Below are positions 7,928 to 16,801 of a stretch of DNA of 53,513 nt, piece after piece. The stretch comes from a virus (lineage: Duplodnaviria > Caudoviricetes): positions 1 through 53,513 of the IMG/VR virus record IMGVR_UViG_3300025652_000095. One strand, written 5' to 3'. Numbering within the stretch: position 1 is the stretch's first letter; every line of letters starts with the position of its first letter. The position numbers were made by a program, and so were the translations under genes. The notes beneath the pieces are model-generated. The model had not been told where the DNA came from. It made no database searches and saw only the letters and a program-made list of their open reading frames with translations.

Positions 7928-8310
7928 TACATAATATTTTTAGGTTTAACTCCTATATCTTCTAACCAAGTTCTAACCCTTAATCCAGAGTCTGTATCAA
8001 AAAAAAGTGACGAACAACCTACTTTTAAATTTTGATTATAAAGCAAGTGGTACATCACTATATGTTCTAAACTATCATATTGCTTCCATGTAGCTGTGTC
8101 AGTAACATTACCATCCTCAAGTCCTCCTATATAAGCTACGTGCTTATAATTGTCATCGCTAGTTGGGTGCTCTGGTTCTTCTACTTTAAATTGTGAAAGC
8201 TGTCCATTAAAATGAACTATATCGCAAGATACTAATAAATTATATTCTTTTTTATCAACTACTTTACCTTTTTCAGTAGAAGTAGAATGTATTATTAAAT
8301 AATCAATCAT
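7927..8310 (-). CDS. Degenerate N-acetylmuramoyl-L-alanine amidase (T7 lysozyme/Amidase_2-like)
   Basis: IDYLIIHSTST, VAYIGGL and DTAT.KQ..SL match the family scaffold; the GYH and GH...CP motifs are not visible. Confidence 0.55.
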   Translation of the reverse strand: MIDYLIIHSTSTEKGKVVDKKEYNLLVSCDIVHFNGQLSQFKVEEPEHPTSDDNYKHVAYIGGLEDGNVTDTATWKQYDSLEHIVMYHLLYNQNLKVGCSSLFFDTDSGLRVRTWLEDIGVKPKNIM

Positions 8311-8492
8311 TTTTGTTTAATCTGTATAAGCTTTTCAAGGTATACAGCTAAATCCATCGCTTCTTCTTGAGCATGTTTAAGCCACTCTATCTCGCTTAAA
8401 TCTGTTCGCTCCATCGTAGTTCCGTACTTTTTTCTGCCCATTTCAGAACGCTTTATAATCTTAAAGCATACATCTTCCTCTATTCCGCTCAT
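8307..8492 (-). CDS. Small conserved phage protein (possible all-alpha NTP pyrophosphohydrolase-like)
   Basis: R...G.KKYGTT..R.DL...EWL.HAQEEAMD...Y motif common in phages; acidic EE..D helix. Confidence 0.6.
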   Translation of the reverse strand: MSGIEEDVCFKIIKRSEMGRKKYGTTMERTDLSEIEWLKHAQEEAMDLAVYLEKLIQIKQK

Positions 8493-8494
8493 TG

Positions 8495-8884
8495 TTACTT
8501 TTTAGAAGACCCCCCAAAAAAGAAGTCTATAATTGTGTTTACTTTACTACTCATTGCTCCAAATACCGTACTTATAAAACCAATTTCATAATCAGATAAT
8601 TCTATTGTGTTCAGTACAAAGTACTTAAACATGGTGTAAGATAGAAAAAAATATGCAACAGTAAAGATAATTGCTAATATTTTCTGTATAGTAGCATCAT
8701 CTTTATATATCTCTCTCGCACTTTCTCGGTCTTTAACTTCGAGGGCAAACATATCTTTTTCATGCTCTTTAACAACTTTTTCAAACTGTTGTTTAAGTTG
8801 GATTCTTTCTTCATCGGTAGTTACTACTTCATCTATAATGTTAGTAGCTTGTCCTACTAGACTTTGTATAATACTCTTTATCAT
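8495..8884 (-). CDS. Putative holin (3TM-holin-like)
   Basis: IIDEVVTTDEER...DRESAR followed by two hydrophobic helices and C-terminal FFFGGS; near the endolysin. Confidence 0.7.
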   Translation of the reverse strand: MIKSIIQSLVGQATNIIDEVVTTDEERIQLKQQFEKVVKEHEKDMFALEVKDRESAREIYKDDATIQKILAIIFTVAYFFLSYTMFKYFVLNTIELSDYEIGFISTVFGAMSSKVNTIIDFFFGGSSKK

Positions 8885-8887
8885 AAC

Positions 8888-9187
8888 TTAACATTTCCAT
8901 CTACGCCTTGCTTGACGAATTCTTGAATTAGGGTCATTCTTTGTTTTTGCACTACTTCTTTTTAACTGACCCAATGAACGTGCACAATAAGACTTACGTC
9001 TGCCTGCTGCTTTACTACCAGCTTTAACCTTGCCTGTTACAGCCGTTTTAAGCTTACTTCCAGGGTTTTTCTTACGGTACGCTGCAACTCCTTTTTTAGT
9101 CATCCCAGCACCCTTTTTTGTAGGTCTGTAATTTGCACTCTTGCCTTTGGTAGTTTTCCTAATTGGATTTTCCTTTTTTCTTGGCAT
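8888..9187 (-). CDS. Basic conserved phage protein (DUF6321-like)
   Basis: GMTKKGVAAYR..NPGSKL...RRKSYCARS.G...DPNSR...ARRRWKC. The likely start is MPRKK at 9187. Confidence 0.7.
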   Translation of the reverse strand: MPRKKENPIRKTTKGKSANYRPTKKGAGMTKKGVAAYRKKNPGSKLKTAVTGKVKAGSKAAGRRKSYCARSLGQLKRSSAKTKNDPNSRIRQARRRWKC

Positions 9188-9440
9188 TTGTCTTTCGTTT
9201 ACGAAGCGCACTAGTACGCTTTCCCATTCCTACTCGTTTTTTTTCCGCCACAACTGCAGACTTTCTTTTTCCCACACCCTTCCAGGTCACAGGTGTTTTC
9301 TTGTTTACTTTTTTTGTTGGTCTGCATTTTTTGACACCTTTATTTTTAGACGAACCACATGGGTTGCCTTTTTCATCTTTCCATTTTTCTTTAAACCAGC
9401 GCTTTAAATTAGCTCCAGCGTTTGTTTTTCGCACAGCCAT
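9159..9440 (-). CDS. Basic conserved viral protein (DUF5872-like, C-terminal half)
   Basis: LKRWFKEKW.D..G.PCG...KCRP.K.V..KTP.T motif. Confidence 0.65.
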   Translation of the reverse strand: MAVRKTNAGANLKRWFKEKWKDEKGNPCGSSKNKGVKKCRPTKKVNKKTPVTWKGVGKRKSAVVAEKKRVGMGKRTSALRKRKTNAKKKGKSN

Positions 9441-9628
9441 CAGTCTGATTGTCTAACAAACCTATCCATATTGCAACAACAAGAAGAAACCATGCCACCT
9501 TTGCTGTACTTCTTTTTTTTAGAACCTCCAGATTTTTTTTTGCGGCACTTAGCAATAGCTCCCGATGCGTATGCACTAGGAAATACTTTGTAACTAGCTT
9601 TTACTTTTCTATAACAAGCGTCTTTCAT
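9440..9628 (-). CDS. Basic conserved viral protein (DUF5872-like, N-terminal half)
   Basis: KDACY.KVK..YKVFPSAYASGAIAKCRK motif; TGATG coupling to the next gene. Confidence 0.65.
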   Translation of the reverse strand: MKDACYRKVKASYKVFPSAYASGAIAKCRKKKSGGSKKKKYSKGGMVSSCCCNMDRFVRQSD

Positions 9629-10080
9629 ATTTCAGCATATTTATATTTAGTGTCTCCGTCTTCATCTTTATATGCTTCCAAAACTTGCTTTCTATTTTTT
9701 TCTTCGTTAAACGATATATGAATCCATGAATAGTCAAACTCGTTTATCATTTGGTCAAAATCTATATCACTAGATAAAATCCAATCGTATATTTTTTTAT
9801 TATTCATTTCTCCTTTTTCCCAGAACTGCACGTCAATCGCCTGCCCTCGGCAGTGTTGTGACTTAACGCTTCCCCCAATCGCTCGATTAAGATTTGGACT
9901 CCTATAACCAGAGCTAACACGAATAGGACCAATAGAGCTACGAAGAGGCTGAACCACCCCTGAAATAAGCTGCTGTATATTTTGTAAATGTTTTTTATTC
10001 GGCTCATTTTTTATTCCTAATCTTTTTGCTGTGTTGCTATGTGTAATTTCAGCAAGTGTAAAGTTTTTGCTTAATTTCAT
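9625..10080 (-). CDS. Peptidase M15A-family endolysin (D-Ala-D-Ala/L-Ala-D-Glu metallopeptidase fold)
   Basis: LSKNFTL.E, SSGYRS..LN.AIGG...SQH..G.A.D and WIHIS Zn-ligand motifs. Confidence 0.9.
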   Translation of the reverse strand: MKLSKNFTLAEITHSNTAKRLGIKNEPNKKHLQNIQQLISGVVQPLRSSIGPIRVSSGYRSPNLNRAIGGSVKSQHCRGQAIDVQFWEKGEMNNKKIYDWILSSDIDFDQMINEFDYSWIHISFNEEKNRKQVLEAYKDEDGDTKYKYAEI

Positions 10081-10418
10081 TATTCAGTTTTTGCTTGAGT
10101 TATTTCTAATTCTTTTACTACAGTTCTAAGGTAGTCTACTTCTTTTTGAAGATACAAAATTCTAAGGTCTTGTTTAGCGTCATCAGGTAATGCACCCATC
10201 TCGCCACGAGGCCATTTAGTTCTAAACTCGTCATTAAGAACTACGTGTTCTTGCATACGATATACATCTAACTGCAGTTGAGCTATTGATGCTGTAAGAG
10301 TGAACCATATACCAGCTAAAGACACTATACCAACAACAATGCCGACAAGTGACTTTATATCTAAATTAATTTTAGAAGTTTCTGTAATGTTTAGTTTATC
10401 TTCTTCCACAGTATACAT
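10080..10418 (-). CDS. Single-TM membrane protein with coiled coil (paralog of 10825-11103)
   Basis: IKSLVGIVVGIVSLAGIWFTL TM segment, then an amphipathic helical region. Confidence 0.7.
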   Translation of the reverse strand: MYTVEEDKLNITETSKINLDIKSLVGIVVGIVSLAGIWFTLTASIAQLQLDVYRMQEHVVLNDEFRTKWPRGEMGALPDDAKQDLRILYLQKEVDYLRTVVKELEITQAKTE

Positions 10419-10467
10419 AGCTTAATACTACCGTCGATAGTACTAGAGATGAGCAAATTGTAATCAT
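10396..10467 (-). CDS. Possible 23-aa membrane micro-protein
   Basis: MITICSSLVLSTVVLSYVYCGRR after A-rich leader CAAAACA; fills the gap between two genes. Confidence 0.3.
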   Translation of the reverse strand: MITICSSLVLSTVVLSYVYCGRR

Positions 10468-10475
10468 TGTTTTGG

Positions 10476-10832
10476 TTATAAATCGTTAATAGCTGATTGT
10501 ACTTGTTCTTTTGTAGCAGTTACCTTTAACATAATGTTAGGAGTAAACCTATATTGTTCTTCTCCATTTTTAAATACTATAATTGTAGGAGCTGCAGCAA
10601 CTTTATATTTTTGTAATAAACTTTTATCTCTTCTTATCGTATGACGGTAAGTTCTGCAGTTAGTTAGTTCGTGCATAAAAAGTATTTCATTACCTCTATT
10701 CCATCCTGCCCAAAACTCTACTACTGCTACACCTCTCCTTATCTCCCAATCAAAATTATCAGCACTTATTTGGTTTTGTCCAAACGCGCTAACAGGAAGT
10801 AAGAAAAGCATATATAGTAAAAACTTACTCAT
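10476..10832 (-). CDS. Secreted thioredoxin-fold protein lacking CxxC
   Basis: Signal peptide MSKFLLYMLFLLPVSAFG; VVEFWAGWNRGN in place of WAxWCxxC; KY.V..APTIIVFKNGEE cis-Pro motif. Confidence 0.75.
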   Translation of the reverse strand: MSKFLLYMLFLLPVSAFGQNQISADNFDWEIRRGVAVVEFWAGWNRGNEILFMHELTNCRTYRHTIRRDKSLLQKYKVAAAPTIIVFKNGEEQYRFTPNIMLKVTATKEQVQSAINDL

Positions 10833-11103
10833 AGAGCTTTTGTTTAATCAGCTTTATATCATCTTTGATTTCAGTAACATCTTCTTGAGTAGACATAATA
10901 GTTTGCCTAATGAGTCTGTCTTTCATATCAAACTCCATTCTTGTAATTACGGGGTCTGTAGGTTTAGGTAGTTCTTTTGCTTCTGCAATATCTGCTTGCA
11001 AAGAAAACCACATACCAACTAAGGTAAATATAAAAACAGCGATTGCTGCTAAAGACTTAATACTTACATTAAAGTTTGTATTCTCATTTAAACTCTGAGC
11101 CAT
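10825..11103 (-). CDS. Single-TM membrane protein with C-terminal coiled coil
   Basis: IKSLAAIAVFIFTLVGMWFSL TM segment; C-terminal DVTEIKDDIKLIKQKL heptads. Confidence 0.7.
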   Translation of the reverse strand: MAQSLNENTNFNVSIKSLAAIAVFIFTLVGMWFSLQADIAEAKELPKPTDPVITRMEFDMKDRLIRQTIMSTQEDVTEIKDDIKLIKQKLYE

Positions 11104-11149
11104 TTTATTGTATTTATTATATAATAACTAGCTAGCCCTCACTGCTTAA

Positions 11150-11157
11150 CAAATATA
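11150..11157 (-). promoter_or_regulatory. Bacteroidetes-type -7 promoter element TATATTTG
   Basis: Matches the TAnnTTTG consensus; intergenic, upstream of the lysis-type cassette. Confidence 0.6.
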
Positions 11158-11162
11158 ATAAA

Positions 11163-11519
11163 TTAATCTTTGTTGATTTTAAACTTTCCATGCATCCAAG
11201 TTTTAACGTCATCTCCTACTGTCAGTACTAGTTTATGCTGATATGTACCTGGAAGTATACTTAAATTTGTAGGGGTATATTTGATAGTAATCTTACCCGT
11301 AGTGTCGAATGAACCTCCCCCAGTAGCAGTTATACCACCCGAACCGCTTTTAGTTAAATAGGTTTCATGGTCGTCAAAAACAGTATGTACGATAGTATAA
11401 CCCGTCAAGTTGAAAGCAGCTCCCGTAGAATCTGTTATAACAAGATTAATAGTTGCAGAGTTATTTTCTCTTGTAACTATATCTATTTTCTGTGCAATGT
11501 CTGTGTTTATTGTTGCCAT
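11163..11519 (-). CDS. Fibre adaptor-like beta-sandwich protein (paralog 1 of 3)
   Basis: DIA...DI..R.N.S...GTY..KL...TW..GKF pattern shared with 16375-16767 and 24664-25203. Confidence 0.6.
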   Translation of the reverse strand: MATINTDIAQKIDIVTRENNSATINLVITDSTGAAFNLTGYTIVHTVFDDHETYLTKSGSGGITATGGGSFDTTGKITIKYTPTNLSILPGTYQHKLVLTVGDDVKTWMHGKFKINKD

Positions 11520-11520
11520 A

Positions 11521-12186
11521 TTATAAAGAGTTTGTCCAATCTAAATTTAAAACCATTGTTGCTATACTATCTCCTGATACTGAAGAGGGGTCAAAACTAA
11601 CCATAATTACTTGTCCTGCAGTAAAAGTATTTAAGTTTGAAGAGTATTGACCATCAAAGCTAAGAAACTTGTAAGGTGTATCATCCTGACTCATGTTTAT
11701 CGTATCACTTTTACCGCTACCAGGATTGAAAGTAGGCACTTCTGTATTAGTAGACGCAAAGTGTAAAGCTACGTTAGAGTATCCACAAAAATTTTCAGAC
11801 CTAATTATTACAGATTCTACACTACCATTACAAGGAGCAATCCACCCTCCGTATTCTAAGTACCCATTAGTTGATGTTGAGTCAAAAGTACCACCATAAC
11901 CGAATGGTAAATATTGCCTAGAAGCTGTAGAGCCTACCCATCCACAGTTTAGTATCATTTTTGAAGAGGCTTTATGATTAAGCTCTGTATTAGAAAACCT
12001 TCTAAGCTCGTCAACATCTTCTTGTATTAAACCTAGCTGGTATATAATACTTGCAAACGCAGGTTCTTCGTCAGGGTTTGTAGCAATTTTATCAAGATAA
12101 CCATTATCAAACTCGTCTTTAAGTTTTACTTTATCACTTCCAGACTTACTGTGTACTGTGTTAGATTTTTTATTTGCTAATGCCAT
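11521..12186 (-). CDS. Short fibre/receptor-binding-like protein
   Basis: N-terminal coiled coil; the C-terminal domain resembles the C-terminus of the 1394-aa fibre (Y.P...EY...P..G.V....RSE...F..G....V..DP). Confidence 0.55.
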   Translation of the reverse strand: MALANKKSNTVHSKSGSDKVKLKDEFDNGYLDKIATNPDEEPAFASIIYQLGLIQEDVDELRRFSNTELNHKASSKMILNCGWVGSTASRQYLPFGYGGTFDSTSTNGYLEYGGWIAPCNGSVESVIIRSENFCGYSNVALHFASTNTEVPTFNPGSGKSDTINMSQDDTPYKFLSFDGQYSSNLNTFTAGQVIMVSFDPSSVSGDSIATMVLNLDWTNSL

Positions 12187-12190
12187 ATTG

Positions 12191-15100
12191 TTATGTTGTT
12201 AAATCAAATATACATTCTATAGTTACGTTGTAACCTGCGTCAGTATCATTAGTAGGGTCAATTCTTACAGCCATAGCCTCTCCTTGAGAAAAAGAGTTAG
12301 TTACGCTAGTCATGTCAAACTCAACAGACGTATTAGCACCGCAAGCTGCAGTTACTGCACCCATAGCAGTACCAACTGTAGCACCGTTAGCTCCTTTATA
12401 CAACTTCATTTCTGTATCACCAGCATCAGCTTCACTTCTAACCCATATCTTGCTTACTGTGCCGTCATAAGGCCAAACAAAAGTTGTATACTCAGGTGTA
12501 TTAGTTGAGGTGTTTTGTTCATTTAAACTACCATTTAAAGGAATGTATCTAGAAAACTCAAAGCTTAATAAAAAACCTGAATGTATAAAGTGATAATGTT
12601 TAGCGTATGTTTGTATTTCTTTACCTTCTATAGATGCTGTACCTGCTGCAGTTCTAGCTATAGTTGTGTCAGATGCGTGTCCAAGTTCTATATTAGTTGT
12701 AACGTTTAAGTTACCAGCTACAGTAGTTAAAGAGCTAGAGCCATTAGCTATGGTAACATCTATCTCGTCTTCGGCATTACCGTCTTCAATCTTCAAACCT
12801 GATACCATCTCACCGTCATGAGATGCTACTTGAAGAAGAATTTGACCTCCCTGAAAAGGGACGCTTGATTCTTCTATCTTACCTACAATTTGGGCGTATG
12901 TTTGTTTGCTACCATATTGATGTAGACCACTCCAAACTATATCACCCAGCTCTTTATTGTCAGTAGAAACCCCTTGTCTGTAAAACTCTAATTGTGGAGC
13001 TGCTGCTGTAACCGTATTGGATTGTTGGTTTATTGTAATTTTAGGTTTATCATCTTGAGTGCTGATTATCGTGAGTTCAGCATTTTCATCAAACGTAGCT
13101 AAACTAGTGTAAGACTGCGCTCCAGATTGATAATGCTCCCAATGAAATTTATTAGCTGTATTTCCATCGGTGTCAATTCTAAAGTACATATCTTTATCAG
13201 TACTTATTTGTAAGTCAGTATCTGCAAATGCTTGTAGTTTATTTGAATATATACCAGCAGTTCCGTTAACATCTAACCTTCCTGATATACTAGTTACAGA
13301 AGAAATACCATTACCTATAGTAACATCTACTTCGTCTTCTACGCTACCATCTTCAATTATTAAACCATCTACAAGCTCTGCGTCATGAGAAGCAATTTTA
13401 AATCTTATTTTACCACCTTCTGTTCCTGCACCTGATTCTTCAGTACTTCCTATTATTTGGGCGTAAATAGTTTCACTACCACCACTATCCCTAGCTCTAA
13501 AATCAAGTCTACCTATATCTGCATTATCAACAATTAATGAGTTTCTAAAAAAATCAAAAATAGGAGGGCCGTATGTAGTATTTTGTGAACTCTGCTGCAA
13601 GGAGATAGCAGGTTGAGCTAATTGACTTCCGTACATAGTCATGACACCAGCTTCACTTATAACAATTATATCGTCATCTCCACCCGAACCAGCTTTCTTT
13701 ATCTTTAACTCTCCGCTAGCATTGTTATTGCCATCTACGATAAGATTTATATCGTTTTGACTTCTTATTTCTATGTCACCATCAGTTCCATAACTCCATA
13801 AACGATTAGAGTATATAGTGCTAGAAGTTTCTAAAGAACCCGTTAAAGTTGTGACACCTGTTCCAAATGTTAAAACTGAAGCTGAACTAGTACCGTTAAT
13901 TTGATTCCCTTTGACGGTTAAATCTCCTTCAATGACTAAATCTCCATCCTGGTTTAAGTTAGCTATTTCTGTAAAAGAACCATAAGCACCACCATCTCTA
14001 AAAGAAAATGATTGAGCAGTTTCATCATCATCAGAGTCTAACTTAAAGGTCATACTACCATCAGTAGTAAGGGTAGCATCTCCATCTTGCGCACCAAATT
14101 TAAAAGTACCACCTGGCTGAACTAAAAAGTAAGCGGTGTCAGTATCAGCTCCTGGAGTAGAGGCTGCAGCTATACTTGTAGGACCGTATTCAGAAGCAAT
14201 CCTAAGATGATTGTCATAACCTAAATTGCTATCTGCTAACTGTATAAAAGCCCTTCTAGTTGTAGTTTGACTTAGACTTATAAAGGGGCTTGCACTAGCA
14301 CTAGTAGTTTTTATATTTAGAGTACCCTCTATATCTTTGTTACCAGTTGTAAGAGCATCTGCAGTTGAAGCATTTCCTGTAACATTACCTGTAACACTAG
14401 CGTTTAATGTATTAGCTACTGCTGTATTACCTGAGCTGTCAAAAGTTATACAAACTGTACCGTCATCATCTTTTATTTCATTTCCACTAATCGTTAAGTC
14501 TCCATCTATTTGCAAATTACCTGATTCATCAAGATTTGCAATTTCAGTAGACCCACCTGAAGTTCCCCCATTGTGAAATGTAAAAGACTGACCAGTTTCA
14601 TTATCAGGCATATCTATAATAAACTTCATCTCACCTTTACTCTGTATCGTAAAGTCGTCTCCTTCACTAGCTATATTTCTTAAAAAAGTAGTAGTCTGGT
14701 TTTGTAAGGCATAATTTACTTGGTCTAAAAAATTAACAGCTTGAGAGGCGTTAAAAGAATTACCCATAAAAAAAGTACCGCTATTCAGATTAGGAATATC
14801 ATTAGTTCTACCAATAGCAGAAACTAAAAGCCCTTGACATGTACTTCCGTTAGTCTTTAAAACAATACCTACATTTTGTATTTTACTAGAAGACCCTAAA
14901 GGTTTGTATTGAGATAAGCTACCATCATTCCGTATATACAAATTATCACCTACAGCTAAAGAAGTAAATCCAGAAATGTTTGTGTTGTATATACCAGATA
15001 CTACAGCAAAGTTGTCTTTAGTAGAAGTAGTATTCATTTCTGCATGAGCTATACCTATACAAGGCATTTTTGCAGAATCATCAGCATCACAAACACCAAC

Positions 15101-16375
15101 AAGTATTCTGTTACTACCACCTATCTCACCTTTACTGTATAATGGTTGACCTGCAGATATTGTAGAGCCTTCATCATTTCGTACTTGTATATGTATCTTC
15201 TCTCCATGCCCCCATACAGCATCGCCATCATTCATTACCAACACCTCAGTTTCTCCTGGAGTGTCACTAGATAAGTTAAGATGGTTTATAGTAGCAGTAG
15301 ATTGTATATCGTTATCCCACCTATAATGCTCTTCAGCTACAAAGTTAGTTGCTGCGTCATGGTCAACGACAAAATCCATATTACCGTTGGCATCATCGTA
15401 TGTAATAGCAATACCAGTTTTAGTTCCACCTGTTGCCACAAGAGGACCTGCAATATCTTGTATTTCCTCTACTGTTTGGTCGGCTGTAGCGTTAACCTCT
15501 ACTCCATCAAGCTTAGACTCTATTGCATCAAGGTCAACAGCCTGCGTTACAGTTAAGTGCCCGACCTTAGTAGAATCCGCAGATGGGTAGCTTACTTTAG
15601 CTGTATTAGCAGCTACATCAGTCGCTATATCTATTCCGTCTACTGTTCCACTTATTGTAAAATTACCAGATTGGTCTACGCCTCCTACTATAGAGCCGCT
15701 TGTGTTTACAAACTTTAAGTCTGTATGAAACTTAAGGTGCATTTCGTCTGAGTCAGGCCCTTCAAACTTTCCAGGGCTTGCACCTCTTGCTTTATAATTA
15801 ACAGCAGAAACGTCACCAGTTATTTGAGGATTGTCTACTATTACTGTACCATCTACAGAGTTTAAAGAAAAGTCAGTAGTGACTAAGGTGTAGTTTTGAA
15901 TTAAAGAAGAGTCTATTGTACCAGGGGCTATACTAGCTCTAGTAATAATACCAGACTCAATAAGTTCTTCGTTTATCGCGTTAGGAGCTATATGGGCAGA
16001 TGTAACTGCGTCATCCGCTATCTTAGCAGACGTAACAGCGTCATTTCCTATCTTGGTTGTGTCTATACCTAGGTCGGGAATAGCTGCACCATAAACAGAA
16101 TTAGGCCCAAGCTTGTCAGCAGTAACACTATCATCAGCAAGCTTTGCAGTAGACACAGCACCATTCTGTATGTTAGAAGTGGTTATTACATCGTTGCCTG
16201 CTATTGTTCCTTGTATACCTTGTGCACCTGTAGGACCAGCCTCTCCGCTAGCTACAAACTTAATTACAGGACTAACAGAGCCAGTCCCAGATACAGAACC
16301 AGCTTCGTTTACTGTAATATTTACAGTAGGTGTGGACTTAGCTTGTAGACTTAAGTTAACTACTGAACTAGCCAT
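12191..16375 (-). CDS. Long tail fibre protein
   Basis: Short collagen-like GEAGPTGAQGIQG, (I/L)ADDAVTSAK-type repeats, G/T/S/D-rich composition and duplicated internal modules. Confidence 0.8.
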   Translation of the reverse strand: MASSVVNLSLQAKSTPTVNITVNEAGSVSGTGSVSPVIKFVASGEAGPTGAQGIQGTIAGNDVITTSNIQNGAVSTAKLADDSVTADKLGPNSVYGAAIPDLGIDTTKIGNDAVTSAKIADDAVTSAHIAPNAINEELIESGIITRASIAPGTIDSSLIQNYTLVTTDFSLNSVDGTVIVDNPQITGDVSAVNYKARGASPGKFEGPDSDEMHLKFHTDLKFVNTSGSIVGGVDQSGNFTISGTVDGIDIATDVAANTAKVSYPSADSTKVGHLTVTQAVDLDAIESKLDGVEVNATADQTVEEIQDIAGPLVATGGTKTGIAITYDDANGNMDFVVDHDAATNFVAEEHYRWDNDIQSTATINHLNLSSDTPGETEVLVMNDGDAVWGHGEKIHIQVRNDEGSTISAGQPLYSKGEIGGSNRILVGVCDADDSAKMPCIGIAHAEMNTTSTKDNFAVVSGIYNTNISGFTSLAVGDNLYIRNDGSLSQYKPLGSSSKIQNVGIVLKTNGSTCQGLLVSAIGRTNDIPNLNSGTFFMGNSFNASQAVNFLDQVNYALQNQTTTFLRNIASEGDDFTIQSKGEMKFIIDMPDNETGQSFTFHNGGTSGGSTEIANLDESGNLQIDGDLTISGNEIKDDDGTVCITFDSSGNTAVANTLNASVTGNVTGNASTADALTTGNKDIEGTLNIKTTSASASPFISLSQTTTRRAFIQLADSNLGYDNHLRIASEYGPTSIAAASTPGADTDTAYFLVQPGGTFKFGAQDGDATLTTDGSMTFKLDSDDDETAQSFSFRDGGAYGSFTEIANLNQDGDLVIEGDLTVKGNQINGTSSASVLTFGTGVTTLTGSLETSSTIYSNRLWSYGTDGDIEIRSQNDINLIVDGNNNASGELKIKKAGSGGDDDIIVISEAGVMTMYGSQLAQPAISLQQSSQNTTYGPPIFDFFRNSLIVDNADIGRLDFRARDSGGSETIYAQIIGSTEESGAGTEGGKIRFKIASHDAELVDGLIIEDGSVEDEVDVTIGNGISSVTSISGRLDVNGTAGIYSNKLQAFADTDLQISTDKDMYFRIDTDGNTANKFHWEHYQSGAQSYTSLATFDENAELTIISTQDDKPKITINQQSNTVTAAAPQLEFYRQGVSTDNKELGDIVWSGLHQYGSKQTYAQIVGKIEESSVPFQGGQILLQVASHDGEMVSGLKIEDGNAEDEIDVTIANGSSSLTTVAGNLNVTTNIELGHASDTTIARTAAGTASIEGKEIQTYAKHYHFIHSGFLLSFEFSRYIPLNGSLNEQNTSTNTPEYTTFVWPYDGTVSKIWVRSEADAGDTEMKLYKGANGATVGTAMGAVTAACGANTSVEFDMTSVTNSFSQGEAMAVRIDPTNDTDAGYNVTIECIFDLTT

Positions 16376-16767
16376 TATATATCAACTACTTTAAACTTAC
16401 CTACCATTACAGTATTAGTTACTGCGTCTAATGCATGACTTACAACAAGCTTGTACTTGTATGAGCCGCTTCTTATAGTCATGCTACTAGCGGCTACGTT
16501 TATAGTTAAGACCCCTGTTGCCGCCCCTACTGTAATAGTGTCATTAACTTCAGGAGAAGAACCAGTGTTAGATATAAAAGCTAATACTTTTACGTCGCTA
16601 CTATCGTATATCTCAAACTTAGCTACATAAGCATTAGCATCAGTACCCTGTAATAGGTATATAGAGCCGTCTGCTTGCGTTAAAGTAGTTTGTAGATAGA
16701 ATGAATCATTACGTCTTGCAGTAACGTCTACAATAGAGGCTACGTCTGCGGATACTTTTGTTGCCAT
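16375..16767 (-). CDS. Fibre adaptor-like beta-sandwich protein (paralog 2 of 3)
   Basis: ADVA...DVTARRNDSF...GSYKYKL...GKFKV; coupled to the fibre gene. Confidence 0.6.
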   Translation of the reverse strand: MATKVSADVASIVDVTARRNDSFYLQTTLTQADGSIYLLQGTDANAYVAKFEIYDSSDVKVLAFISNTGSSPEVNDTITVGAATGVLTINVAASSMTIRSGSYKYKLVVSHALDAVTNTVMVGKFKVVDI

Positions 16768-16785
16768 TTTTTATATATTATTTAG

Positions 16786-16793
16786 TAAAGATA
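16786..16793 (-). promoter_or_regulatory. Possible variant promoter element TATCTTTA
   Basis: One mismatch from TAnnTTTG; intergenic and at a similar distance from the start codon as the site at 25220. Confidence 0.35.
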
Positions 16794-16801
16794 GTAAATT
16801 A

